Source: Gammaproteobacteria bacterium (GTDB lineage Bacteria; Pseudomonadota; Gammaproteobacteria; Pseudomonadales; Litorivicinaceae). From it: a stretch of DNA of 45,459 bases. A model generated the notes under the pieces. The model saw only the letters and a program-made list of their open reading frames with translations. It was not told where the DNA came from and searched no databases. Position 1 is the stretch's first letter, and every line of letters begins with the position of its first letter. Both the position numbers and the translations under genes were made by a program. The DNA lies in the NCBI GenBank assembly GCA_010024125.1, contig RGHP01000001.1, positions 1 through 45,459 on the forward strand, given 5' to 3'. Positions 35,777 through 45,459 of the stretch are shown one piece after another.

Positions 35777-36630
35777 ACGACGGACGAAGTCCCGAGAACC
35801 AGGATTCACGATCCTGGTTCGATCGTTTGGCCAGCGTCATCTCTGGTGAGGCTGAAAATAAACCCGAGTTGATCGACGAACTGCGTGATGCGAAAGAGCG
35901 CGGTTTGTTTAATCAAGAAACTCTCGCGATTCTCGAAGGCGCCCTCGCAGTCAGCGACATGCAAGTACGGGAAGTCATGATTCCCCGAACTCAGATGATT
36001 GCGATTCGAGCCGATGAGCGCCCCGAAGAGTTTTTACCAAGAATCATCGAATCGGCACACTCACGCTTCCCGGTCCTCGGCGAACAACCAAGTGAAGTCG
36101 TCGGAATTCTGCTTGCGAAGGACCTTCTCTCATTTTTGATCAGCCAAGATCTTGAGCGCTTTGAGATTAAAGAAGTCGCACGTCCAGTCCGGCGCGTCCC
36201 TGAAAGCAAACGGCTGGATCAGTTATTGAAAGAGTTTCGTGATAACCGTGCGCACATGGCTGTCGTTATCGATGAATATGGCGATGTTGCAGGCCTCGTC
36301 ACCATTGAAGATGTGCTTGAACAGATTGTTGGTGAGATCGAAGACGAGCATGATCACGATGAAGATCTGAACATCCGTCATCAAGCCAATGGTGCGAGTT
36401 TGGTGAAAGCCATGACTGAAATCGATGACTTCAACGAAGAGTTTGGAACCACCTTTTCCGATGACGAATTCGATACCATTGGCGGCCTTGTCACCCATGC
36501 ATTTGGACATCTCCCCGCGCGTGGCGAGACGACCACACTCGGCCAATTGGATTTTGTTGTATTGAACGCAGACAGTCGACGTATTCGTTTACTCGAAGTC
36601 CGACCTCATGGGTCTGACGCATCTAATTAA
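35773..36630 (+). CDS. corC: CBS-domain Mg/Co transport-associated protein
   Basis: VREVMIPR, HSRFPV, HMAVVIDEYG..GLVTIEDVLEQIVGEIEDEHD, FDTIGG. Confidence 0.93.
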   Translation: MNDGRSPENQDSRSWFDRLASVISGEAENKPELIDELRDAKERGLFNQETLAILEGALAVSDMQVREVMIPRTQMIAIRADERPEEFLPRIIESAHSRFPVLGEQPSEVVGILLAKDLLSFLISQDLERFEIKEVARPVRRVPESKRLDQLLKEFRDNRAHMAVVIDEYGDVAGLVTIEDVLEQIVGEIEDEHDHDEDLNIRHQANGASLVKAMTEIDDFNEEFGTTFSDDEFDTIGGLVTHAFGHLPARGETTTLGQLDFVVLNADSRRIRLLEVRPHGSDASN

Positions 36631-38074
36631 ATACAGCGTCGCTCTCGGTGCTGGGATTCTCGGCACGCTTGCGTTTGCACCCTTCAATTTTTGGTGGCTT
36701 GGACTGGCAAGCATCGCCATCTGGATGTGGCTTTCGATTAGGTATCCTGGCTTTTCCATGGGATTCATTTACGGACTTGGACTCTTTGGTTCTGGAGTCT
36801 CATGGGTCTCTGTCAGCATGACCGAACACGGAGGTGCATCGATTCCACTGGCGTTTGTGATGACCTCGATCTTTGCAGCAGGACTCGCTATTTTCCCAGG
36901 TCTCGCGTCTTGGGGATATGCAAGCTGGCATCAACGGTGGTCGACAACACTTGGAAAGGTCTGTTTATTGACCGCTTGCTGGGTAACGATGGAGGCTTTC
37001 CGCAGTTGGTTTTTAACCGGATTTCCATGGCTTTTATTCGGCTACAGCGCGCTTGACACACCATTCGAAGGCTATCTGTCGTGGCTTGGCGTATTTGGGG
37101 TATCTGCGATCATTGCGCTGAGCGCAGGAGGATTTCTGGTAAGCCTCATGGATCGACGACTGATTGCTTTGGTTATTCCGAGCGTCTTCATGGTGACAGG
37201 GCCAATCCTGAACGGACAATTTCAACCCCATGAGGATTCAACACAAGCAACCCGCGTTGCCCTCTGGCAGCCGGTGATTGCTCAATCAGAAAAATGGAAA
37301 CCTGAGTTTCGTGGACGCATTGTTGAGCAACATGTCGTCAACGGGCTCCCTGGCGACATAGATGTCATTATTTGGCCTGAAACCGCACTGCCGATGACTG
37401 AATCACGAGTCAACGCCACCTTGCCAGACCTCGATCTAATGCTTCTCTCCAACAACCAAACGTTGATCACGGGGGTGCTCGGTCAGAGCCAAGGGCGATA
37501 TACCAACCGATTAATTACGCTCGGTTCAGGCCAAGGAACTTACGATAAAACCCGACTTGTTCCTTTCGGTGAGTACGTACCACTTGAATCTTTACTTCGC
37601 GGCCTGATCGCGTTTTTTGATTTACCGATGTCCGCAATCATCCCTGGGACTCAACAAAGTTTACTGATACATGGACATCTAAAATTTGGACCTTTGATCT
37701 GTTATGAAATCGCCTATACCGGGCAAGCGCGACAGATTGCAGACGATGCAAATGTCATACTGACTGTATCAAACGATACTTGGTTCGGTGATTCAATCGG
37801 GCCAGATCAACATCTCCAAATCGCACAGATCCGTGCGCGCGAGCTTGGCAAGCCAGTCGTTCGAGCGACCAATGATGGTTTGACAGCCTTTATCAATGCG
37901 CGCGGGCAAGTTGAATCCACCCTCCCAAGATTTGAGCGAGGCATTTTGTCACACACCGTGATTCCAGCGACCACAGTGACGCCCTATTCACTCGCTGGTG
38001 AAGCACCTCTTATCATTTTATTGATCGTGATTTTGACCCTAACCAGGCGAAACGAAGCATTCATGCCCAAATAG
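36608..38074 (+). CDS. lnt: Apolipoprotein N-acyltransferase
   Basis: [43 protein letters not shown]. Confidence 0.94.
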   Translation: MGLTHLIKYSVALGAGILGTLAFAPFNFWWLGLASIAIWMWLSIRYPGFSMGFIYGLGLFGSGVSWVSVSMTEHGGASIPLAFVMTSIFAAGLAIFPGLASWGYASWHQRWSTTLGKVCLLTACWVTMEAFRSWFLTGFPWLLFGYSALDTPFEGYLSWLGVFGVSAIIALSAGGFLVSLMDRRLIALVIPSVFMVTGPILNGQFQPHEDSTQATRVALWQPVIAQSEKWKPEFRGRIVEQHVVNGLPGDIDVIIWPETALPMTESRVNATLPDLDLMLLSNNQTLITGVLGQSQGRYTNRLITLGSGQGTYDKTRLVPFGEYVPLESLLRGLIAFFDLPMSAIIPGTQQSLLIHGHLKFGPLICYEIAYTGQARQIADDANVILTVSNDTWFGDSIGPDQHLQIAQIRARELGKPVVRATNDGLTAFINARGQVESTLPRFERGILSHTVIPATTVTPYSLAGEAPLIILLIVILTLTRRNEAFMPK

Positions 38075-38159
38075 GACAGTTTTTTCACAAAACGCCTTAC
38101 AGTCAGGTGACCGAAACGCTATCCTTTATCCTTTTCATCCGAAGGACCATCTAGAGCTC

Positions 38160-40628
38160 ATGGAGCGCGATTACCAACCTCAGGTTATTGAACCGGAAAT
38201 CCAGCAGTACTGGGAATCAGAACAAACGTTTAAAACGACTGAAGATCCCACGAAGCCCAAGTTCTATTGTCTCTGCATGTTTCCGTATCCATCGGGCAAA
38301 CTGCATATGGGTCACGTCCGAAATTACACCATCGGAGACGTGATCAGCCGCTTTATGACCATGAAAGGTTATAACGTATTACAGCCGATGGGCTGGGACG
38401 CATTTGGCATGCCTGCTGAAAATGCAGCCATTAAAAACAAACTGCCGCCGGCTGCCTGGACTTACGACAACATCGACCACATGCGCGGCCAATTAAAGCG
38501 TCTTGGTTTTGGGTACGACTGGGATCGCGAACTCGCAACCTGCACACCAGATTACTATCGTTGGGAACAGTGGCTCTTCACTCGCATGGTTGAGAAAGGA
38601 CTCGCTTACCGAAAAAAGGCGCGCGTGAACTGGGATCCAGTCGATCAAACGGTACTCGCAAATGAACAGGTAATCGATGGCCGGGGATGGCGCTCCGGAG
38701 CGCTTGTCGAACAGCGCGAAATTGATCAGTGGTTTATCCGTATTACAGATTACGCAGATGAACTACTTGATGATTTAGATTCTGTTGATTGGCCTGAACA
38801 GGTCAAAACCATGCAGAAAAACTGGATCGGGCGTAGTCAGGGCGTCGAATTCAGTTTTGAGCGCAAAGGCTCCGACGAGCGCCTTGAGGTGTACACAACG
38901 CGTCCAGATACCATCATGGGTATCACTTATGTGGCGGTTGCCGCACAGCATCCGATTGCGAAAAAGGCTGCTGAGTCGAATCCAGACATTGCTGCCTTCA
39001 TTGAAGAATGCACGCACATGTCGGTCGCAGAGGCCGACCTTGCACAAGCACCCAAAAAAGGAATGGCGACCGGCGAATATGTGATTCATCCATTCACAGG
39101 TGAAGAGGTTCCAATCTGGATCGCCAACTTCGTCTTGATGGATTATGGCTCAGGCGCTGTCATGGCAGTACCGGGTCACGATCAACGCGACTGGGAATTT
39201 GCGACGCAATACGGCTTACCAATCAAGCCAGTCATCAAACCAGCCGCTGACGATCCTGAATATGATCTCAGTCAGCAGGCATGGTGTGAAAAAACCGGTG
39301 TCACGATCAATTCTGGACAGTTTGATGGCCTGAACTTTGAGGATGCATTCAAAGCGGTTGCCAACGCGCTTGATGACATGGGTATTGGTCGCGTAACAAC
39401 CAACTACCGTCTTCGTGACTGGGGTGTTGGACGTCAGCGATACTGGGGTTGCCCCATCCCTGTAATTCATACAGACGAAGGCTTAAAAACTGTCCGAGAT
39501 GAAGATCTCCCAGTGACCTTGCCAGAGGATGTTGTGGTTGATGGCTCAGGAAGCCCTTTGGCTAGCCGAAGTGACTTTGTCGACACCGTTGACCCTGATA
39601 CCGGACGTCCAGCAAAACGTGAAACTGACACATTCGACACATTCATGGAGTCGAGCTGGTACTACGCACGATTCGCAAGTGCTTTTTCAAATGATGCGAT
39701 GCTCGACGAGAACGCTAACTATTGGCTTCCTGTTGATCTTTATATCGGCGGTATCGAGCACGCCATTTTGCACCTCTTGTATGCGCGCTTCTTCCACAAG
39801 GTGCTGCGCGATCTTGATCTTGTCGACAGTGATGAGCCGTTCAAGAAACTTCTGACCCAAGGCATGGTCTTGAAAGATGGGTCGAAGATGTCGAAGTCGA
39901 AAGGCAATACCGTTGACCCGCAAGAACTCATCGATCAATACGGTGCTGATACTGTTCGTTTATTCATGATGTTTGCGGCACCACCCGAGCTATCTCTCGA
40001 GTGGTCTGATGATGGCGTTGCCGGTGCTCATCGTTTCTTAAAACGCGTGCACACACTGGTCACTGACCACATCGCAGAAGGCAAGCACTCAATGGCTGGT
40101 GATGTCGACCTCGAGACCCTCTCAGATCAAGCGCGCGATGTATACCGCAAATTGCACGAAACAATCGCAAAGGTCTCTGATGACATCGGACGGCGATATC
40201 ATTTCAACACTGCGATCGCTTCTGTCATGGAGTTGACCAATAGCGTGATGAAATTTGATGCACAAACAGAGTCTGACTGGCGCGTCCGCTCTGAAGCAAT
40301 TGAATCGCTTGTTGTCTTGTTGTCACCAATCACTCCACACATCGCGGAGCATCTATGGTCAAACCTTGGTCACAAGAGCTCATTGATTGATGTCAGCTGG
40401 CCCGAAGTGCGAGAAGATGCAATCACGCGAAATACCCTCACATTAGTGGTTCAGGTCAACGGAAAGCTCAGAGGACGGATTGAAGTGGCCGCTAATGCAG
40501 ACAAAGACACTATTTTGGCCCTAGCCCGTGAAGAACCAGCGGTCGCAAAATTCCTTGAGGGGATGGTTGAAAAGAAGGCAATTGTTGTTCCTCAAAAACT
40601 TGTTAATTTAGTGGTGGCACCAGCATGA
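38160..40628 (+). CDS. leuS: Leucine--tRNA ligase
   Basis: [54 protein letters not shown]. Confidence 0.97.
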   Translation: MERDYQPQVIEPEIQQYWESEQTFKTTEDPTKPKFYCLCMFPYPSGKLHMGHVRNYTIGDVISRFMTMKGYNVLQPMGWDAFGMPAENAAIKNKLPPAAWTYDNIDHMRGQLKRLGFGYDWDRELATCTPDYYRWEQWLFTRMVEKGLAYRKKARVNWDPVDQTVLANEQVIDGRGWRSGALVEQREIDQWFIRITDYADELLDDLDSVDWPEQVKTMQKNWIGRSQGVEFSFERKGSDERLEVYTTRPDTIMGITYVAVAAQHPIAKKAAESNPDIAAFIEECTHMSVAEADLAQAPKKGMATGEYVIHPFTGEEVPIWIANFVLMDYGSGAVMAVPGHDQRDWEFATQYGLPIKPVIKPAADDPEYDLSQQAWCEKTGVTINSGQFDGLNFEDAFKAVANALDDMGIGRVTTNYRLRDWGVGRQRYWGCPIPVIHTDEGLKTVRDEDLPVTLPEDVVVDGSGSPLASRSDFVDTVDPDTGRPAKRETDTFDTFMESSWYYARFASAFSNDAMLDENANYWLPVDLYIGGIEHAILHLLYARFFHKVLRDLDLVDSDEPFKKLLTQGMVLKDGSKMSKSKGNTVDPQELIDQYGADTVRLFMMFAAPPELSLEWSDDGVAGAHRFLKRVHTLVTDHIAEGKHSMAGDVDLETLSDQARDVYRKLHETIAKVSDDIGRRYHFNTAIASVMELTNSVMKFDAQTESDWRVRSEAIESLVVLLSPITPHIAEHLWSNLGHKSSLIDVSWPEVREDAITRNTLTLVVQVNGKLRGRIEVAANADKDTILALAREEPAVAKFLEGMVEKKAIVVPQKLVNLVVAPA

Positions 40629-41146
40629 TGAATCGACGTGCATTTTTGGCACTTTCTGCCGCAGGCCTTCTCACCGGCTGTGGTTTTAGACTGCGCGGTA
40701 CCGGCGCACCAACGGGACAACTTCCTGAGGCGTTGCGTATTGAGACAACAGATCCCTACTCACCGATTGTCCAGAACATCACTCGCCAATTGAAGGATCA
40801 AGGCGCTAATGTCGTCTCATCGGGCTCCGTTCCTGTTCTTAAGCTGACACTTCCAACACTCACTGATCGTGTGCTTGGCCCTGTATCAGGTGGCGACCAG
40901 ACTGAGCTAGCGCTTGAGATGAGTTACAGCCTTGTTGGTGATGACCTCGTGCTTTTGATCCCCGAAACCAAAGTGCGTGCGACACTGATTTACGTTGATG
41001 GTGGCGCAGACACCTCAGCAGAAGATCAACGAGTCGCGCAATTAAAACGGAGTCTTGAGAGCGATTTACTTCGCCAGATCGTGCCATCCATTCGTGTTCG
41101 CTACGAGCAAGCGCTCAAGCAAACAAGCGCACCAAAGGCCAACTGA
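40625..41146 (+). CDS. lptE: LPS assembly lipoprotein
   Basis: Lipobox LLTGC followed by GFRLRG; conserved position between leuS and holA. Confidence 0.85.
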   Translation: MMNRRAFLALSAAGLLTGCGFRLRGTGAPTGQLPEALRIETTDPYSPIVQNITRQLKDQGANVVSSGSVPVLKLTLPTLTDRVLGPVSGGDQTELALEMSYSLVGDDLVLLIPETKVRATLIYVDGGADTSAEDQRVAQLKRSLESDLLRQIVPSIRVRYEQALKQTSAPKAN

Positions 41147-41149
41147 TTC

Positions 41150-42181
41150 ATGGCCATCAAAGCCTCCGAATTTGATGGCCGCCACTGGAACAACGGGCTT
41201 CCTCCCGTTGCTGCTTTATTAGGTGACGAGGCCTTTTTCATCACCCGAATCGGGGACTTGTGGCGAAAGACTGGCAAAGACCAAGGCTTCACAGAACGAT
41301 TGGTGCTCGACCAAACAGAACCGGATCTTGCCAGCCGACTCTTAAGTGAACTCGATGCCTTATCTTTATTTGCCGATCAGACACTTGTCGAGCTCCGTCT
41401 CAGCAAGGCCACATTGGATAAATCATTACGTGAAGCGCTCGATCAATGGCTTCAAAACCCGCCAGATGATAAACGTCTCTTGATTAGCGGTCCCAAGCTT
41501 GGAAAGAGTGAATCATCAACCATCTGGCTTCAGACACTTGAAAAGTCCAACGCAGTGGTTGAGGCCAACGCAGTTCCTTCATATCAATTTGCCAAATGGC
41601 TCGATTCGGAACTTCAATCACACCATATTGTGATGGATCCAGAAGCGAAATCCGCGGTTCAAATGCACACAGAAGGCAATTTATTAGCAGCTGGTCAGGT
41701 CATCGAACGGCTGAAACTGATTCAGCCTGACCTGATTGAGGGACCAACGTTATCCCTTGATCAAGTGCTTGATGTACTCACGCAAAGTGCGCGTCACACC
41801 GTGTATGACTTAGTTGATCTCGCCATAAAATCAGACGTATCCGGGCTCAATCGAATCACAGACCTCTTGAAAGCCGAAGGTGTTGATGCAATGACAGCAC
41901 TTTGGGCAATTTCTCGAGAACTCGATATTTTGCTTCAGATTCGATACCGGATGGATCAGGGTGAATCAGCGAATCAAGCCATCGGTTCATTACGCGTATG
42001 GCGATCCCGCGAAGGCTTGGTTCGCGGAGCAGTGAATCGTTTAAATCTTACTCAGCTCAGAAAGCTGTTAACACTCTGCCATGACGCCGACAGAACGATC
42101 AAAGGTGCGACACCAGAACCCGCTTGGGCTATGATTAAAGATATCTTGTTAGGCCTCGCTGGCCATCCGATGGCGCGCTGA
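41150..42181 (+). CDS. holA: DNA polymerase III delta subunit
   Basis: L.GDE, LSLFA...VELR, EGNLLAA.Q..E.L.L, VW..R, D..IKG; canonical position after lptE. Confidence 0.88.
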   Translation: MAIKASEFDGRHWNNGLPPVAALLGDEAFFITRIGDLWRKTGKDQGFTERLVLDQTEPDLASRLLSELDALSLFADQTLVELRLSKATLDKSLREALDQWLQNPPDDKRLLISGPKLGKSESSTIWLQTLEKSNAVVEANAVPSYQFAKWLDSELQSHHIVMDPEAKSAVQMHTEGNLLAAGQVIERLKLIQPDLIEGPTLSLDQVLDVLTQSARHTVYDLVDLAIKSDVSGLNRITDLLKAEGVDAMTALWAISRELDILLQIRYRMDQGESANQAIGSLRVWRSREGLVRGAVNRLNLTQLRKLLTLCHDADRTIKGATPEPAWAMIKDILLGLAGHPMAR

Positions 42182-42793
42182 ATCCAATAACTGTTCCTTG
42201 GCACGTTGACCGAGCTGGTCGATGACATCGTTCAAAACCACATTTGAGGCCAGATCAGATAGTTGCGTGACCTGAAGTCCCTCGTAACCACAGGGATTAA
42301 TTCGCGAGAACGGCTCAAGATCCATGGATACATTCAGTGCAACACCATGGTAAGACACGCCGTGTCGAATCCTTAAGCCCAGACTCGCAATCTTCCGATC
42401 TTCAACATAGACACCAGGGGCATCCGGACGCGCCTGAGACGACACGCCATAAGACTCCAATAAGGCAATCACCGTATTCTCCAGAAGACTCACTAGCTCC
42501 CTGACGTTGAGCGAAAAGTGTTTCATTGGAATTATGGTGTAGAGAATGACTTGCCCTGGCCCATGATAAGTCACCTGTCCGCCGCGGTCGGATTGGACAA
42601 TCGGTATATCGCCGGGCTTTAAAACATGTTCGGCCTTGCCAGCCTGACCTTGGGTAAAAACAGAAGGATGTTGCACACACCACAATTCAGCGCGCTGCCC
42701 ACCTTTCAAGAGCGCAATCTGTTCTTTCATCGCTTGATGCGTTTGCTCGTAGGGCTCGAAACCGCGATCAACAATGATGACTTCAGTCATCAC
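42149..42793 (-). CDS. lipB: Octanoyltransferase
   Basis: W.VQHPSVFTQG.AG, DRGGQVTYHGPGQ, KIASLGLRI, SYHGVALNV, INPCG. Confidence 0.95.
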   Translation of the reverse strand: MMTEVIIVDRGFEPYEQTHQAMKEQIALLKGGQRAELWCVQHPSVFTQGQAGKAEHVLKPGDIPIVQSDRGGQVTYHGPGQVILYTIIPMKHFSLNVRELVSLLENTVIALLESYGVSSQARPDAPGVYVEDRKIASLGLRIRHGVSYHGVALNVSMDLEPFSRINPCGYEGLQVTQLSDLASNVVLNDVIDQLGQRAKEQLLDSARHRMASEA

Positions 42794-43071
42794 AAAACCA
42801 TATGAACGCGGCCTGTCGCCTTAAGATCTTCGTGAAGATTCTTTAGTTGTTCTTCACTTTCGGCGGTAATCGAAAATCGGAAGCTTTGGTACTTCCCATT
42901 TTTGCTCGCTATGACTCGTAACTCCTCGGCATCATATCCGTCACAATGACGCGTTACGATTTCTTCCAAAATCGTCACAAATCCATCGTGTGTATCAGCG
43001 ACCACAGAGACGTGGTACCCCTGGCAAGGAAATTCAATTGTTGGTTTTTCTGGTTGCGACTCATTACTCAT
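42790..43071 (-). CDS. ybeD: DUF493 / YbeD-family protein
   Basis: IEFPC, S.NGKY.S, V.MVL C-terminus; upstream of lipB. Confidence 0.88.
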   Translation of the reverse strand: MSNESQPEKPTIEFPCQGYHVSVVADTHDGFVTILEEIVTRHCDGYDAEELRVIASKNGKYQSFRFSITAESEEQLKNLHEDLKATGRVHMVL

Positions 43072-43897
43072 GATGATGAAGCCTCTCATCATAGGCCGTT
43101 TGAAGCGCCAGAAAGGCATCCGTCAATCGCCCGTCACCGACTTGCCCACCTGGATCAAGCTCAACAATCGGCATTAATCCACGCGTGGAACTTGAAACGA
43201 ACACACCATCGGCGCCGCCCAGTGAGTCAACGCGCACAGGCTCTTCAATGACGTTCAGACCAACAGTTGAGGCCATCTCGATCACCAAGTGACGCGTGAT
43301 CCCAGGAAGAATCAAATCACTCAGTGGTGGAGTAATTAATGTCTGCCCCCGAATCACAAATACGTTTGAGGTCGATGCTTCGGTCACGAACTCATCGCGA
43401 TACAACACAGCCTCTTGCGCACCATTCTCTCGAGCCTCCTGCAACAAAAGCACGTTACCGAGAAGCGAGACCGATTTGATGGAGTTTCGACGCCAACGAA
43501 TATCTGGTCGGACGATCGCTTTCGCGGGCTTTTGCGACACCGCCTTAAATTCACTGATTGTGAGAAAAACAGTCGGCGAGATTTGCGCTGGAAATGCGTG
43601 GTCGCGAACTGCTGCCGCCCCGCGAGTCACCTGCACGTAAATCTTCGCATCCAAGAGACCAGCCTTGTCGATCAAGCGGTCAACATCAGAGAATACGTCA
43701 GTGACTGAAATATCTAATCCAATTGCATCAAGGCTTGAACGCAGCCGTGCTTCATGAAGTGACTTGGCACGAATACGACCGTCAACGCGTGCCATCACTT
43801 CATACACACCATCGCCGAACAAGAAACCACGATCCATCGGAGAAATTGCAGCCTGTTCGATTGGCATCATCTCGCCATTGAGGCAGCACCAGGTCAT
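43064..43897 (-). CDS. Class IV aminotransferase, D-amino-acid transaminase-like
   Basis: ISPMDRGFLFGDGVYEV, YVQVTRG..RDHAFP, DIRW...IKSVSLL.NVL, EASTSNVF, LPGITR. Confidence 0.88.
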   Translation of the reverse strand: MTWCCLNGEMMPIEQAAISPMDRGFLFGDGVYEVMARVDGRIRAKSLHEARLRSSLDAIGLDISVTDVFSDVDRLIDKAGLLDAKIYVQVTRGAAAVRDHAFPAQISPTVFLTISEFKAVSQKPAKAIVRPDIRWRRNSIKSVSLLGNVLLLQEARENGAQEAVLYRDEFVTEASTSNVFVIRGQTLITPPLSDLILPGITRHLVIEMASTVGLNVIEEPVRVDSLGGADGVFVSSSTRGLMPIVELDPGGQVGDGRLTDAFLALQTAYDERLHHHE

Positions 43898-45057
43898 GCA
43901 AATAATCTCAACACGAAGTCCATCAAGCGTTTAAATAAGCCGCCCTCAGGGACAGCCTGAGCGACGGCCACCGGTGACTCAGCAAGCACTCGTTCACCAA
44001 GCATGATTTTGACTGTACCGACAACAGCACCTGCCTCAAGCGGTGCATCCAATGTTTCTGGAGCATCAAGCGTTGCTTGAATTGATGATTCACGACCGAG
44101 TGGCAATGTGACATACAGCGATTCAGTTGGTGCGAGCTCAACTGCCTCAGCCTCACCAAACCACACTTTACGAGAGCTCTCAGGCAACGGTTGGCCGGCT
44201 TCAAACACTGTTTGGCCACTGAAATAACGGAAACCGTATTGCATCAGTTTGGTTGTTTCCTGTTCACGTGCTTTCTCGCTAGCCGTTCCCATAACAACCG
44301 AAATGAGACGGAATCCATCACGCTCAGCACTTGCCACCAAACAATAGCCCGCTTCTTCGGTGTGCCCGGTCTTTAATCCATCAACAGTTGGATCACGGAA
44401 TAGCAGACTATTTCGGTTCGCCTGCTTAATTCCGTTATAGGTGAAATTTTTTTCTTTATATATCGAATAGGTATCAGGGAAATCTTTGATTGTTCTGGAA
44501 GCTAAGATTCCAAGATCCTTGGCCGTTGTATAGTGCCCTTCTTGAGGGAGTCCCGTGGAATTCTTAAACTGAGTATTCGTCATCCCAAGGCTAGCTGCCG
44601 TTTGATTCATCACATCAGCAAAGACGTCTTCAGAACCCGCAATGTACTCAGCAACAGCAACGCTTGCATCATTACCTGATTGAATAATGATCCCGCGCAG
44701 CAGATCCTCAAGCCGTACTTCGGTTCCTTCTCGGATAAACATCCGTGAGCCGCCTGTCTTCCACGCTTTGACGCTCACTGGAACTTTGTCATCAAAGCTC
44801 GCACGCCCCTCGGCAATCTCGCGCTCAGCAATGTATGCGGTCATCATTTTCGTAAGGGACGCAGGAGGTAATGGCTGATCAGCATTATGTTCAACCAAGA
44901 CCTCTCCGTTTGTAGCATCGATCAATAAATATCCGGATGCTTGCAACTTCGGCGCTGCAGGAATCGGTGGTCCATTACCAAGAGCCTCTGTCAACGGCAC
45001 ATTGGCTCCGGCGGTCAAACTGAACATACATGTCAGGGCGATCCAAAATAGACGCAC
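43894..45057 (-). CDS. dacA: D-alanyl-D-alanine carboxypeptidase (PBP5/6)
   Basis: SxxK in PASLTKMM, SGNDA, DGLKTGHT..AGYCL. Confidence 0.93.
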   Translation of the reverse strand: MRLFWIALTCMFSLTAGANVPLTEALGNGPPIPAAPKLQASGYLLIDATNGEVLVEHNADQPLPPASLTKMMTAYIAEREIAEGRASFDDKVPVSVKAWKTGGSRMFIREGTEVRLEDLLRGIIIQSGNDASVAVAEYIAGSEDVFADVMNQTAASLGMTNTQFKNSTGLPQEGHYTTAKDLGILASRTIKDFPDTYSIYKEKNFTYNGIKQANRNSLLFRDPTVDGLKTGHTEEAGYCLVASAERDGFRLISVVMGTASEKAREQETTKLMQYGFRYFSGQTVFEAGQPLPESSRKVWFGEAEAVELAPTESLYVTLPLGRESSIQATLDAPETLDAPLEAGAVVGTVKIMLGERVLAESPVAVAQAVPEGGLFKRLMDFVLRLFA

Positions 45058-45080
45058 TCTACTCTCCTTGCTTCACTCAA

Positions 45081-45459
45081 TTATTTTGCGATTAATCGCT
45101 GTGGCGACCAACCAAGGGCCACCAACTGCTCATAGATTTCGCGTTCAACACTTAAATCTGTTTTTGGTAGCACCTGGACCCGAAAAAGGCCCGCACCATT
45201 CGATTCGACTCGAACCGTGGCCTGATCCTTTGAAAGCGCTTCTCGGATTTGATCCGCGACCTTCTGCGCCTGGATCTCGGTCGAGACAGCAGTCACCTGA
45301 AAAATAGCCTGTGCTGGCTTTGCCAATGGATTGGCAATTAAAGCCGCATCAGAAGTCGGCACTGTCAGCACTTCATAGCTTACTCGGGCAGTTCCTTTCT
45401 CAGAAAATCCAAGTCGCTTTGCTGCAGCCCACGATAGATCAAGTACTCGGTTTTCTTTA
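45081..45459 (-). CDS. rlpA: Septal ring lytic transglycosylase RlpA, 3' part (gene runs off the window end)
   Basis: The frame stays open to the edge. RVLDLSWAAAKRLG...GTARV ends the DPBB domain, followed by a SPOR-like C-terminus; upstream of dacA. Confidence 0.85.
   Translation of the reverse strand, partial: KENRVLDLSWAAAKRLGFSEKGTARVSYEVLTVPTSDAALIANPLAKPAQAIFQVTAVSTEIQAQKVADQIREALSKDQATVRVESNGAGLFRVQVLPKTDLSVEREIYEQLVALGWSPQRLIAK

Noticed and set aside
40625-40690. Twin-arginine (RRAFL) Tat signal on LptE
   Set aside because: Basic RR-containing n-regions are common in Sec lipoprotein signals, and there is no other evidence of Tat export.

Overview
Bacterial chromosomal window from a compact, probably streamlined Gammaproteobacterium (inferred from the miaB-ybeZ-ybeY-corC-lnt-leuS-lptE-holA / lipB-ybeD-dacA-rlpA gene order). 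It has four parts. (1) The first ~480 bp look phage-like and are joined in frame, near 471-480, to the C-terminal half of a type II haloacid dehalogenase; this is probably an assembly or amplification chimera. (2) ~0.48-20.2 kb is a GntR/FadR-controlled catabolic island for an unidentified carboxylate, possibly one containing sulfur. It encodes a TarD-like enolase, a multi-rhodanese protein, an NfsA-type reductase, a hydrolase, TauE, a non-leucine LeuCD pair, an MLE-type enolase, TauD, an OCD-like protein, an ICL-family lyase, TctCBA, a Tyr-less SDR, MmgE/PrpD, a class III CoA-transferase and a crotonase. A TTGTNNACAA palindrome recurs in four of its upstream regions. (3) 20.4-25.8 kb is a polyamine locus with an ornithine decarboxylase convergent on potFGHI; each arm has a structured leader that could be an undescribed regulatory RNA. 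(4) tRNA-Ile2(CAU), a frameshifted OmpR-type remnant, a few small genes and a long run of housekeeping genes. No transposase, integrase, CRISPR array or rRNA was seen. All calls come from motif recognition; no database searches were run.
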